From NCBI GenBank assembly GCA_034520965.1, contig JAXHMY010000009.1, positions 160,001 to 224,000 of the forward strand: 64,000 nucleotides of DNA, written 5' to 3'. The position numbers and the translations under genes were made by a program. The notes under the pieces are model-generated. The model was not told the DNA's origin. It saw only the letters and a program-made list of their open reading frames with translations, and ran no database searches. This document shows, piece after piece, positions 1 through 10,008 of this stretch; within the stretch, counting starts at the first letter, position 1, and every line of letters starts with the position of its first letter. Source of the stretch: Spirochaetia bacterium. Lineage in GTDB: Bacteria > Spirochaetota > Spirochaetia > DSM-16054 > Sediminispirochaetaceae.

Positions 1-728
1 CGGTTATTGCAACACAGGCGCTGGGGCCGGAGAATGTCCACTGTTTTGCCCTGCCTTCGCGCTACTCCTCCGAAGCAAGTGAATCCGATGCCCGACAGTT
101 GGCCGATAATTTGGGAATCGGCTATGATATCCTGCCGATTGAGGAGCCCTTCAAGTCGATACTATCTGTGCTCGATCCTGTCTTTGAGGGAAGGGAGTCG
201 GATGTGGCGGAGGAGAATGTGCAGGCCCGAGTCCGCGGCCTGCTGTTGATGGCCTATTCGAATAAGTTCGGGTCTCTCCTGCTTACTACCGGGAATAAGT
301 CGGAATTGGCCACCGGGTATTGTACCTTATATGGAGATATGTCCGGAGGCTTGTCGGTAATCGGCGATCTATTTAAGGGGCAGGTCTACGACTTGTGCAA
401 TCATATTAACAGTGCTGAAGAGCTTATTCCTCAGAATATTATTGATAAGCCGCCTTCAGCGGAGCTGAGGGCGGATCAGACCGATCAGGACAGTTTGCCG
501 GAATACGAGGTTCTGGATGATATTCTTGAGCAGTACTTGCTCGCCAATAAGTCTGCTGCCGAAATCGCCCAAACCGGGCACGATTTGCAGACGGTCCGTG
601 AAGTGTTGAGGCTGGTGGGGCGCAATGAATACAAGCGTCGGCAGGCACCTCCGGTGTTGAAGGTGTCGACCCGGGCCTTCGGAACAGGCCGCAGAATGCC
701 GATAGCAAGAAATATCTACGAAGCTTAG
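1..728 (+). CDS. nadE: NAD+ synthetase, C-terminal part (5'-truncated by window edge)
   Basis: Frame is open from base 3 (VIATQALGPENVHCFALPSRYSS...). Motifs ENVQARVR, TGNKSE, GYCTLYGD, PSAEL and EYKRRQAPP. Confidence 0.95.
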   Translation, partial: VIATQALGPENVHCFALPSRYSSEASESDARQLADNLGIGYDILPIEEPFKSILSVLDPVFEGRESDVAEENVQARVRGLLLMAYSNKFGSLLLTTGNKSELATGYCTLYGDMSGGLSVIGDLFKGQVYDLCNHINSAEELIPQNIIDKPPSAELRADQTDQDSLPEYEVLDDILEQYLLANKSAAEIAQTGHDLQTVREVLRLVGRNEYKRRQAPPVLKVSTRAFGTGRRMPIARNIYEA

Positions 729-738
729 CGATTACACT

Positions 739-3700
739 CTAAGTGACACTGCTCTCCAGCAGCAGTTCTATGCGGTATTCCGCCGACTCCTCAGCCTGCA
801 GCCAACGTTTGATGTAAGCAAAAACCTCTTCCGACTGCAACCTGCTTTTTCCGGACTTGATCTGGGCAAGCAGGGCAATAGTGTTCAGCCACCACAACAG
901 TTCCTGCATCGATTCGCCCTTGTACCACTCTTGGTTGTTGTCATGGTGCAGATTAAGAAACGCTGCGGTAAAGGGTTCTCGAATAATGTGTTCTAAGACC
1001 AGTTCGGAAGCCGGGGGCATGGTGACGGAGGAGGCTTCTTCGTCATCGAGCAAGCTAAGCCAGTTCTGCTGCGAGACGGTAACTAAAATCAATTCATAAA
1101 GACGGGGAAGCGATTTCTCTTCAACACCCTGCTCGCGAAAGGATTTTACGAATTGCTGCGGCAGCAGCAGATCGGCAGCGCACTCGGCGGCGGTGCTGTA
1201 GTTTAAGTCCTCTTGTATGAACTCTTGCAGCGGGGTAAGCAGGGTCCATGCGAGCATAAGTAAGGGAGTCTCCGGCATTAGCGTCAGGCCTCGGTGATAA
1301 TAGCCATCACGGTTAGGGGGGTGGGGAAGGATTAGCGGATTGCTTGAGGTCGAGAGTGTGCCTATGGCTTCGAGATTCTTCTGAAAATGCTTGATGGCTG
1401 CAGCTTTCTGCCCGCTGCTGCCGTAGCCCAGGCGCAAACATTCATCCAAAAAATCATCGTAGTAGGACCAGTAATCGTCGAAGGATATCTTTTTTAGGCC
1501 GGTTCCCTTATAGAGCGCCTGGCGAATCGGTGTAATCAGCGGTGATTGCAGAAACCGCTTAAAGGCCAGGTGGATTGGCTCGAGAAAAAGCTCTTTCTTG
1601 CGGAGTTCGATATCATAGATACCCCTGCCGTCCAAGGTTTCGTACAATTTTCGATACAGCCCGTCCCTGTCTTGTACCTGATAAAAATCAAGATACACGT
1701 GGCTCTGGTATCCGTGCAGGTGTATAAACATCCCCTGCTGATGCAGAGCGGTGTTTTCGCGAATAAACCATCTGCCCGAGTGCTGTTCCCGAAAAATGGT
1801 AAAATAATCGTGTTCGTTTACGATCTGCAGCCCTTCGGCCAGGGAGTATTGCCTGGCGCTGCGATTGCCGGCGGAATCCTTTATGGCGAAGGGCGATGAG
1901 GTGGTGATGCGGCCGGCGGTTGAATTGAAGGCATTGTTGTAGGTTATTAGGGCTGTCTCGGTCCCGCTGTGGTTACTGTAGGCGAATACGTTGTGGTCGA
2001 CTTCGCCGTTTTCCCGATACATATCATACAGCCGAAAATTCTCCGAGTCGGAGAAGAGATACCGTTTTTTCATCAACGGGAAGATCGACTGATAGTGCCG
2101 GTTAATCAGGTCCCAATTGGGAATTTCGTTCCAATAGGCTCGCCGGTATTCCATTCCGTATTTTTCATGGTAGCCCTCAATCTGTCCGTGTCCAAACATC
2201 GGCAGTCCGGGCATAGTGACCATTAGGGTGCAGACTCCAAAGTATTTATCACCGTCTCCAAACTGAGCGATGGCGGTGTCCTCATCGGGGTTGTTCATAA
2301 AATTTACAAAACGCTTGAGGATCTCCGGTTCAAAGCTGATGGTACTTTTAATGGTATTTTTGTATTTTTCATTCTCTTCACTTTTCAGCATATTCATAAA
2401 TGCACTGTTATAGACACGATGCATTCCGAGGGTCCGTACAAAAAACCCTTCCATCATCCAAAAAGCCTCTGCCAGCAGCAGGGTGTCCGGTGCTTCCGCA
2501 GCTACCCGGTCCACTACCTCGCGCCAGAACTCTTGGGGCATGCTGCGATAAAACTCCTCGTTGCTTATGCCGTACTGGGAGCGTCCGGGAATGTCGCCGC
2601 CGCTGCCGGGAGCCGGGTACCACAGACGATGGATATGCTTGCGGGCCAGGGTCATGGCTGCGTCAAAACGTATAATGGAAAAGTTATGCGCCACATGCAG
2701 GATGGTCTGAATCAGAGCCTCCCGGGTTTCTGGGTTCAGAAAATCAAGCTGGGCGGTATCGTTCCACGGCATGGAAGTACCGTCGTTCCCGTGGTAGATA
2801 TATCGGCTTTGCTGTGATGGAAAGTGATGCCACTTAAAGGTCAGGGCGGCATCGGTGCGGTCGTAATAGTGGTCTTCAAGATATATGCCGATATCCGGAT
2901 GGTCGGAGAGATTTTGGCTGTTATAGGTATAGGATGGGTAGGGTGCGTCCGGCAGCTGCAGAAACCAGTCGGGATGGTCGTATACCCAGTCCCCGTCAAT
3001 TCCGGTGTGGTTGGGTACCATGTCGCTTGCCAGTCGGATTCCCCGGCGGTTACAGCGATTGGCTAAATTATGTAGAGCTTCCCAACCGCCGAGTTCCTCT
3101 GCAATTTCATACCGCTTCAGGGAGTATGCGGAGGCCTCGGCCTCTGGATTACCACAGGAGCGTTTGATGGTTTTAGATGCACTGCTGCGTTCCCATAGGC
3201 CTATCAGCCAGAGGGAATTAAAGCCCATGTCCGCCAGACGGTTTAACTCTTCATCGGGAATGTGGTCCAGTCGGTGAATCGTTCTGCCGTAGGAGCGGGT
3301 GAGCTGGTCAAGCCACACAAGGGCGCTTTTTGCCAGTAAAACCACCTGGGGCATCCAGACGGTATCCTGACTAAAGGCTTCATAATCAAACTCCAGGCCG
3401 GAGTAATCGGGGGTTCTGCTGGGACCGGGTCCGGGAGGAAAACTTGGGCGCTGCTCCTCTTTCAAGTAATCAATGCCGCGAAGCAGTTTTTCGGCGTAGG
3501 GACCCAAATACTCTTTCCAATGGCTCACCACGTAGTTCAGCTGGGCTAAGATGCTGTGTGGAGCCTCATGGGCGGGTACCTGCAGAAAATCGATTAAGTT
3601 AAGAGACGTATCTCCGACTCCGGGGAGTTGTTCGAAGAAAAGGTAGGCCCTTTTGACTACCTTATTGTAATTACTTTCGGTGGTGAGGGCTGTGTCGTCA

Positions 3701-4266
3701 ATCAGTTCATGGTACAGCTTTAAGGCCGGGTTAAGATTACTCAACCACACCAGAAGCATCTCCTCAAGATATATTTCTGTATTGGGTCGCTGCTGGTCCA
3801 ATTTGTGCAGATGCTCCTCCGTACCCTCCTCTCCGCTGTATACCGGAGCGGGGGGATAATGGTCGATCATCGCTGTAAGGGTATCTTCGACTTGTGCATC
3901 GCCAAGCTCTTCTCTGAGATGCTGTTCCAGCTGGGTGAAGATGTCGGAGCCGTTCTCCTCGATATAGAGGTGAACTACATGGTGCGAAATTTCGTGCAGC
4001 AGCGCTAAAGCATATACTTCTGCAGCAGACGCCCTTAGTTGCGGATAGCGGTTTACATTTCTTTTTTGGTTCATGGCTTCAACCAGCTGGACCACCGCTT
4101 TTTGATTGGTACTGATTACATGACCCTCTTTAGAAAAAAGGGACTCAGAAAACTGGTAACGGTCTCGTGAAAAGCGGGATATGTGAAACCAGACACGCAT
4201 CTGAGACACACTCCTACCGTCTGTTTTTGACCGGGTTAAATAGAAATTTTCAAATGGATACTGCAT
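739..4266 (-). CDS. Large GH13 alpha-amylase-family glycoside hydrolase (1175 aa)
   Basis: GH13 regions DMVPNH, IRFDAAM (nucleophile), LAEAFW (acid/base) and FMNNPDE. GGAG RBS upstream. Confidence 0.85.
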   Translation of the reverse strand: MQYPFENFYLTRSKTDGRSVSQMRVWFHISRFSRDRYQFSESLFSKEGHVISTNQKAVVQLVEAMNQKRNVNRYPQLRASAAEVYALALLHEISHHVVHLYIEENGSDIFTQLEQHLREELGDAQVEDTLTAMIDHYPPAPVYSGEEGTEEHLHKLDQQRPNTEIYLEEMLLVWLSNLNPALKLYHELIDDTALTTESNYNKVVKRAYLFFEQLPGVGDTSLNLIDFLQVPAHEAPHSILAQLNYVVSHWKEYLGPYAEKLLRGIDYLKEEQRPSFPPGPGPSRTPDYSGLEFDYEAFSQDTVWMPQVVLLAKSALVWLDQLTRSYGRTIHRLDHIPDEELNRLADMGFNSLWLIGLWERSSASKTIKRSCGNPEAEASAYSLKRYEIAEELGGWEALHNLANRCNRRGIRLASDMVPNHTGIDGDWVYDHPDWFLQLPDAPYPSYTYNSQNLSDHPDIGIYLEDHYYDRTDAALTFKWHHFPSQQSRYIYHGNDGTSMPWNDTAQLDFLNPETREALIQTILHVAHNFSIIRFDAAMTLARKHIHRLWYPAPGSGGDIPGRSQYGISNEEFYRSMPQEFWREVVDRVAAEAPDTLLLAEAFWMMEGFFVRTLGMHRVYNSAFMNMLKSEENEKYKNTIKSTISFEPEILKRFVNFMNNPDEDTAIAQFGDGDKYFGVCTLMVTMPGLPMFGHGQIEGYHEKYGMEYRRAYWNEIPNWDLINRHYQSIFPLMKKRYLFSDSENFRLYDMYRENGEVDHNVFAYSNHSGTETALITYNNAFNSTAGRITTSSPFAIKDSAGNRSARQYSLAEGLQIVNEHDYFTIFREQHSGRWFIRENTALHQQGMFIHLHGYQSHVYLDFYQVQDRDGLYRKLYETLDGRGIYDIELRKKELFLEPIHLAFKRFLQSPLITPIRQALYKGTGLKKISFDDYWSYYDDFLDECLRLGYGSSGQKAAAIKHFQKNLEAIGTLSTSSNPLILPHPPNRDGYYHRGLTLMPETPLLMLAWTLLTPLQEFIQEDLNYSTAAECAADLLLPQQFVKSFREQGVEEKSLPRLYELILVTVSQQNWLSLLDDEEASSVTMPPASELVLEHIIREPFTAAFLNLHHDNNQEWYKGESMQELLWWLNTIALLAQIKSGKSRLQSEEVFAYIKRWLQAEESAEYRIELLLESSVT

Positions 4267-4302
4267 GTATGCTCCTCAGAGACAACGCCTACTGAAGGGT
4301 TA

Positions 4303-4854
4303 TCAACTACTATCTTCAAGTTCTTTCATTTTATCACGAATTCGAGCAGCCTCTTCGTAGTTTTCCTCCGTGACTGCCTGGTCGAGCTTCTGCTGAAGCT
4401 CCTCCTTTTCTTGTTTTAGAGGGTCGACTTCTCCCTCGATAGGCTGTTCACTAATAGAACTGAGAGGGATACCCGCTTCGTCAACTACGGTTTCTTCTAT
4501 ATATAACGGACATTTGTGGCGCACGGCTATACCCATCGCATCCGAAGGCCGGGCATCAATTGAGAGGGAATTATCTGCCTTGGATAAAATGAGTTTGGCA
4601 AAAAAGGTTCCCTCTTTGAGGGAAGTGATTTCAATTCGCTCTAGCTCTACTTCCAATTCTTTGAGCAACGAGAGGAATAGGTCATGGGTAAGAGGGCGAG
4701 GCATAGGAACATTACCCATACCTATAAGAATAGACTGGGTTTCCAATTGTCCGATGAATATAGGAACTGCAAGCTCGGCTCCGAGCGGGCGTACTAAGAC
4801 CGCATTTCCCTGATCGGTACGTGCGACTGTCCAAATTTCTGCTTCTACTAACAT
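4303..4854 (-). CDS. Bifunctional nuclease family protein (DUF151) with C-terminal UVR domain
   Basis: PIFIG, RPLTHDL and DARPSDA motifs; ENYEEAARIRD UVR motif. Confidence 0.9.
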   Translation of the reverse strand: MLVEAEIWTVARTDQGNAVLVRPLGAELAVPIFIGQLETQSILIGMGNVPMPRPLTHDLFLSLLKELEVELERIEITSLKEGTFFAKLILSKADNSLSIDARPSDAMGIAVRHKCPLYIEETVVDEAGIPLSSISEQPIEGEVDPLKQEKEELQQKLDQAVTEENYEEAARIRDKMKELEDSS

Positions 4855-4915
4855 TCTGCCTTTCCCCCACTAGGGTAGGATAAGACATTTCCGGCGTGAT
4901 ATCAATATATAGGGC

Positions 4916-5986
4916 TTAGTCGTAGATCTGAGCTTTATCTTCTCCGCGAAGTACACGAAGTGCCGCATCCCGCAGGGCTTCAATTTCACCTTCTCCGGGG
5001 TAGATAAGAACCCGGCTGATAAACTCAACCCTTTCTTTTATAAGAGTGGTAAGCCGATCGTTGTAGGCCAGGCCGCCGGTGAGGACTATCCCGTCAAGCC
5101 GGCCGGAGAACACGCTTGCCAAAGCTCCAATTTCTTTGGCTACCTGATACGCCATAGCTTGAAAGACAAGTTCCGCAAGCTCTTCCCCCTGCTGCCCCCG
5201 TTGATCGACTTCCCGCCCGTCGGAGGTACCGAGATAGGCCATAAAACCACCCTTGCCCTTGAGCATTTTCATGATCTCTTTTTGGGTGTATTTTCCGGAG
5301 AAGCAGAGCTCTACCAGTTGTCCTGCAGGCAGGGTACCGGATCGCTCCGGAGAAAAGGGGCCTTCTCCGTTGAGGGCGTTGTTTACATCAATAACTTCTC
5401 CATTTTCATGGGCGCCAACCGAGATCCCGCCGCCCATATGAGCTATAATTAAATTGGACTGCTCGTACGCTTTTTTCAATTCTGCGGCTGCCCTGCGCGC
5501 AACTGCTTTTTGATTCAGGGCGTGGAATATTGAGATCCGCGGCAGTTCCGGATGCCCGGAGATACGGGCGAGGGGCTGTAATTCATCCACCACCACCGGA
5601 TCGGCGATAAGGCTGGGTGCTTTGGAAGTGTGAGCAATTTCATGGGCAATTAATCCGCCCAGATTACTGGCGTGCTGGCCGCTTACTCCTGCCCGAAGGT
5701 CTTCGGTCATGCGCTCGTTTACCGCCCACACTCCTCCGGGAATGGGTTTCAGAAGCCCGCCGCGGCCGATTACCGCGTCGAAACTGCTGGGATCGATGCC
5801 TTCGGCTTTTAGACTTTCCTGAATGATATTTGAGCGGAAATCATACTGATCGGTTATACTATCAAACTGGGCAAGCTCATCGGCATCATGACGAATGGTC
5901 TCGTTAAGTATCTCCTGCTCAGCTTCAAAAACTGCAATTTTAGTAGAGGTTGAGCCGGGGTTAATTACTAGTATTCTTTCCTTCAT
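4916..5986 (-). CDS. buk: Butyrate kinase
   Basis: INPGSTSTK, GRGGLL, HASNLG, HALNQK and GPFSPER. AAGGAG RBS precedes the ATG at 5986. Confidence 0.95.
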   Translation of the reverse strand: MKERILVINPGSTSTKIAVFEAEQEILNETIRHDADELAQFDSITDQYDFRSNIIQESLKAEGIDPSSFDAVIGRGGLLKPIPGGVWAVNERMTEDLRAGVSGQHASNLGGLIAHEIAHTSKAPSLIADPVVVDELQPLARISGHPELPRISIFHALNQKAVARRAAAELKKAYEQSNLIIAHMGGGISVGAHENGEVIDVNNALNGEGPFSPERSGTLPAGQLVELCFSGKYTQKEIMKMLKGKGGFMAYLGTSDGREVDQRGQQGEELAELVFQAMAYQVAKEIGALASVFSGRLDGIVLTGGLAYNDRLTTLIKERVEFISRVLIYPGEGEIEALRDAALRVLRGEDKAQIYD

Positions 5987-6101
5987 AATTGTATCTCCTT
6001 TATCCGTCATTATTGCGCAGCTTGAGATAGTTGACAATGGTAAAATTAGAATAACCTCAAACTCTTTAAGCTAATTTACTTATCTTAAACAAAATGTGAG
6101 C

Positions 6102-6144
6102 ATTCTAAATTTGATAATTTTAATAAAATTTTCAAATTTAGAAT
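6102..6144. promoter_or_regulatory. 43-bp palindrome between divergent buk and lipase genes, just upstream of a -10-like TAAAAT
   Basis: ATTCTAAATTTGA-TAATTTTAATAAAATTT-TCAAATTTAGAAT; same outer arms and length as 23003-23045. Confidence 0.6.
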
Positions 6145-6178
6145 TGCTGTGGTAAAATTATTAATAAGTGTGGGGAAT

Positions 6179-7546
6179 ATGAATTCTAAGGCCCTCTTAA
6201 TTGTTGCTTCTATTATAATCCTGTTGCTGTTGTCAGCCTGTGCCGGTACCGACCGGGCTGAGGGCTCAAGGGGAGAAGCTAACTATATGCTCAACCCGCA
6301 GCAATCCGAAGATCCGGAGGCAGGCAAGGGGCCATTGAAGCGACCATTGGAGCAGCCTATAATTTTTGTGCACGGCTTTATGGGCTTTGGTACTAACTCC
6401 GATACTGGGCTCAGTTTCCCCTATTGGGGGGGTACAGTTGATTTAGAGGAAGGGCTTCGAAGTTCGGGTTTTGAAGTATATGTCGCAGAACTAGGGCCGG
6501 TCTCTTCTAACTGGGACCGCGCCTGCGAGCTGTACGCCTATATTAAAGGCGGCGTGGTCGATTACGGGGAGGCGCATTCACAAAAGTACGGACATGCCCG
6601 CTTTGGCGAGTACTATTCCGGAGTGTATCCCGATTGGGGAAGCGTAAAAGAAGAGACAGGGCGGCCGTATTCTGTGCACCTGGTTGGACACAGCATGGGC
6701 GGGCAGACGGCTCGTCTGCTGACGGAACTGCTGGCACAGGGCGATCGGGATGAAATTGCAGCAGGGTATGAAGCCGGGGATAGGGGACTCTCGGAGCTGT
6801 TTTCCGGCGGACACTCCTGGGTGAGCAGTATCACGACTATTGCGGCTCCCCATGACGGGACGACCCTTACCACACGCTTTCGCAATTCCGGACTGCTGGA
6901 AAAGATATTCGCACGGCTTGTGGCCTCTTCCAGTTTAAAAAAAGAGGATCCTCTGATTGAGCTGCACGTGCAGCATTGGAGCACACTAAAAGAGCCGAAT
7001 GAGTCATTTGCACGCTTTGTAAGGCGGGTGATAAATGAGGACCTCTGGAGGCAGACCGAGGATTTTAGTTACTTCGACCTGTCTCTAAAGGGCGCGAAGC
7101 GGCTGAATGTGAGGACTTCAACTCAAAGGGATGTGTATTACTTTTCCTGGGCAACCAGCCGTACCATGCCTGAAAATGAGGAGGGATATCATGTTCCTAT
7201 GGCGGGAATGAGTTTACTGCTGCATCCTTCGGCTCGTTATATGGGATCCCTCGCAGAGCTTCCCGGTGGAATCGACTCCGAACCCCAGCTGTGGTGGGAG
7301 AACGACGGAATAGTGAATACCTGCTCCATGGATGGACCTTCGCTGGGGCGTCAGGCATCTATTGTGCAGTATTCTGAGCCGGTAGCAGGGCAGTGGAACT
7401 TTATGGGGACCCTCAAACCGCTGGATCATCTGCAGGTGAGTCTGGTGCTTCCAATCAGCGGAGATGCTCCCCCGGGCTATGAATCGTTAGCCGGTTTTTA
7501 TGAAGAGTGGTGTAATTTTTTATATCGATTGCCGGAGGTAAAATAA
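6179..7546 (+). CDS. Lipoprotein lipase resembling family I.5/I.6 (Geobacillus/Staphylococcus-type)
   Basis: Lipobox LLSAC; FVHGFMG, GPVSSNWDRACELY, GHSMGG, ENDGIVNT and DHL motifs. Confidence 0.88.
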   Translation: MNSKALLIVASIIILLLLSACAGTDRAEGSRGEANYMLNPQQSEDPEAGKGPLKRPLEQPIIFVHGFMGFGTNSDTGLSFPYWGGTVDLEEGLRSSGFEVYVAELGPVSSNWDRACELYAYIKGGVVDYGEAHSQKYGHARFGEYYSGVYPDWGSVKEETGRPYSVHLVGHSMGGQTARLLTELLAQGDRDEIAAGYEAGDRGLSELFSGGHSWVSSITTIAAPHDGTTLTTRFRNSGLLEKIFARLVASSSLKKEDPLIELHVQHWSTLKEPNESFARFVRRVINEDLWRQTEDFSYFDLSLKGAKRLNVRTSTQRDVYYFSWATSRTMPENEEGYHVPMAGMSLLLHPSARYMGSLAELPGGIDSEPQLWWENDGIVNTCSMDGPSLGRQASIVQYSEPVAGQWNFMGTLKPLDHLQVSLVLPISGDAPPGYESLAGFYEEWCNFLYRLPEVK

Positions 7547-7576
7547 TGTATGTACTGATAAGCTACGTACCGGAGC

Positions 7577-8182
7577 CTACACATTCTCTTCAATAACTTC
7601 TAACTCAAGCTTTCCGGCGGATAATTCTAGCAAAGCCTGTTGAGCGGCCTCTGTCTCGGGCTGTGGAAGATTCCCCGACAGGCTGACTTCGGTTAAAAAT
7701 TCTTCGTTCTCAATTTCTGCCCCGTAAGATTGCAGCAGCTTATGGACCGGCTCATAGAGGGAATAGGGAAGGCTTATGAAAAAGGGGCGTTTCTGGATGA
7801 GCTCTTCGGTGGGAAGGGCGGTTAAGACCTCCTGAGCGGCACTGGTATAGGCTTTTACCAGACCCCCGGTTCCCAGTTTAGTGCCGCCGAAGTAGCGAAC
7901 CACCATAATCAGCAGGTTGCTTATTCCGCTGCCTTTCACAACCTCGAGTACCGGCCGCCCGGCGGTGCCGTGGGGCTCTCCGTCGTCACTCAGTCCAAAG
8001 ATATCCCCCCGCTTTCCAACCTGAAAGGCGTATACAATGTGGCTAGCCTGGGGGTGTTCCTCCCAGGCGAATTTAAGTTCCTGTTTAGCCTGATCCGCCG
8101 AATCCACGCGGTTCGCCAGGGCAATAAAGCGGGACCTTTTAATTTCGATTTCTGCGGCAGCGGAGAGGGAAGGTATGCGCAC
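7577..8182 (-). CDS. yigZ: YigZ/IMPACT family protein
   Basis: IKRSRF, SDDGEPHGTAG and RYFGGTKLGTGGL. Confidence 0.93.
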   Translation of the reverse strand: MRIPSLSAAAEIEIKRSRFIALANRVDSADQAKQELKFAWEEHPQASHIVYAFQVGKRGDIFGLSDDGEPHGTAGRPVLEVVKGSGISNLLIMVVRYFGGTKLGTGGLVKAYTSAAQEVLTALPTEELIQKRPFFISLPYSLYEPVHKLLQSYGAEIENEEFLTEVSLSGNLPQPETEAAQQALLELSAGKLELEVIEENV

Positions 8183-8205
8183 GGCAGCTCCTTAAGGCTT
8201 ATGGC

Positions 8206-9132
8206 CTATGGCCTATGGCCGAAAATGTTTTCCGACTCAGGCCATAAGTGTAACAAAGGGGCGGTGAGTGCGTCTATCTTCTTGATAAGCTCCGGAGGCA
8301 GGTGAATGCCGCCGGCCTGGGAACACTCTTCAACCTGACTAGGCCTTCGAGCTCCAAACAGGGTATAGCGGTTCCACTGGTGGGACAGGTTCCATGCAAG
8401 GGCCAGTTGTGCTCCGGTAATCCCGAGTTCGCTGCTGTAGGCCCAAAGCTGCTGCAGTACCGGCTGCAGGTGGGAAAAGATCTCCGGCTGCAATAACAGC
8501 AGCCGGTGTCTGGGATCTTCCGGCGGCAGGGATTCAGCCCAGCCGGGAGGGTGGGCCAGCAGGCCCTGGGCCAGTGAACTGTAACTTACCATGTTGATTT
8601 TGTGTTTTCTGCAAAAGGGGACAAGGTTCAGCTCCGGTGTACGCCACAAAAGGGAATAACCGAACTGGCAGTAATCTATCTGCCCCGCGGACAGAAGAGG
8701 TTGCATCTGCGGGGCAGAAAAATTACTTAGGCCGATGGCGCGGATGTAACCCCTTTGACGGGCCTTTTCAAGGGCTTCAATGTGGGGTCGCAGATCCTGT
8801 GACGGCTTGGGCCAGTGCAGATAGAAGATATCAATATAGTCGGTGCAAAGACGGCGCAGACTCTTCTCAATTCCCTTCTCTACGGTAGAGGCCGGCCGGA
8901 GATAGGTTTTGCTGGCGATGCTGACAGACCGGCGTACCTGACGCAGTTGTTGCCCCGTGACTTGTTCGGAAATCCCGTTTCCGTAGCCTTGAGCGGTATC
9001 AAAATGAGTGATCCCTGCCCGTAGTGCGGCACGAATAACCCGTACAGATTCGCGGTGGGAATCTGTTGAGTCGGAGGAGCTCCAATATTCGTCGCCAAAG
9101 GCCCAGCAGCCTAATCCAAGTGCTGAATTCAT
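8206..9132 (-). CDS. Aldo/keto reductase
   Basis: LGLGCWAFG, FDTAQGYG, DYIDIFYLHWP and IGLSNF. Confidence 0.92.
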   Translation of the reverse strand: MNSALGLGCWAFGDEYWSSSDSTDSHRESVRVIRAALRAGITHFDTAQGYGNGISEQVTGQQLRQVRRSVSIASKTYLRPASTVEKGIEKSLRRLCTDYIDIFYLHWPKPSQDLRPHIEALEKARQRGYIRAIGLSNFSAPQMQPLLSAGQIDYCQFGYSLLWRTPELNLVPFCRKHKINMVSYSSLAQGLLAHPPGWAESLPPEDPRHRLLLLQPEIFSHLQPVLQQLWAYSSELGITGAQLALAWNLSHQWNRYTLFGARRPSQVEECSQAGGIHLPPELIKKIDALTAPLLHLWPESENIFGHRP

Positions 9133-9228
9133 ATTATATTAACTATATTGGTTAAAATATTCATTTTTGGCTACCTTCTAGCCTTGAAATTTCTTATATT
9201 TGTGGTGTACACAGTTTATAATTTTAAC

Positions 9229-9999
9229 ATGAGGAGGGGGCGTATCGCACGTCGCTTAAGACTATTTATTCTATTACCGGCGGCTTTTACCTTTTTTATT
9301 GCTTTTTCTTCCGGTATACACAGCAATTTTCTGCAGCAGGCACAGCAGACTACCACGCAGACCCACCCGCAGACTGAAAAACAGGCTGCAGCTATGAAAA
9401 ACAGCTTTGAACTATCCGACTTAATAAAGTCACAGGGATCTTATAATCTAGATGAGATATACACCAACCCCAAATATCGAGGGATAGTAAAGGATTTTTT
9501 TACCCAGCAGACCGGTTCTGCGGAAATCACAGAATATATTTTACGAGAGAGTGAGCGTCACCAACTCCCGGTGAGTCTGACCTTTGCGTTGGCATGGGTA
9601 GAGAGCCGGTTTGACCCGCAGGCGGTGAACTACAATCAGAACTCAATTGACCGGGGTGTATTCCAATTGAATGACCGTTCCTTTCCAAATTTACGGGAAA
9701 GCCAGTTTTTTGATCCGGAGGAAAATATAGCCCACGGAGTAGCCTATCTAAAGTACTGCCTGGAACAGGGCGAGAACCAGGTTACCGCCCTGGCGATGTA
9801 TAATGCGGGCCCCAGACGTGTGAATGAGCAGGGCGCGCCAAGGATGACACTGGAGCATATCAATAAGATCCTTAATTACCGTGAGCAGCTGCAGCAGGAG
9901 TTTGAGGCATCACTTAAAGTAGCCTCATTAACCGCTAAACCGGGGAAAAGCGGAAAAAACATGACCAATGTAGTTGACAGGAACAAGCTATCTAAATAG
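9229..9999 (+). CDS. Lytic transglycosylase (SLT domain) with N-terminal membrane anchor
   Basis: AWVESRF (catalytic Glu), GVFQL and AMYNAG. Start moved to ATG 9229. Confidence 0.85.
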   Translation: MRRGRIARRLRLFILLPAAFTFFIAFSSGIHSNFLQQAQQTTTQTHPQTEKQAAAMKNSFELSDLIKSQGSYNLDEIYTNPKYRGIVKDFFTQQTGSAEITEYILRESERHQLPVSLTFALAWVESRFDPQAVNYNQNSIDRGVFQLNDRSFPNLRESQFFDPEENIAHGVAYLKYCLEQGENQVTALAMYNAGPRRVNEQGAPRMTLEHINKILNYREQLQQEFEASLKVASLTAKPGKSGKNMTNVVDRNKLSK

Positions 10000-10008
10000 C
10001 GTGACTGC

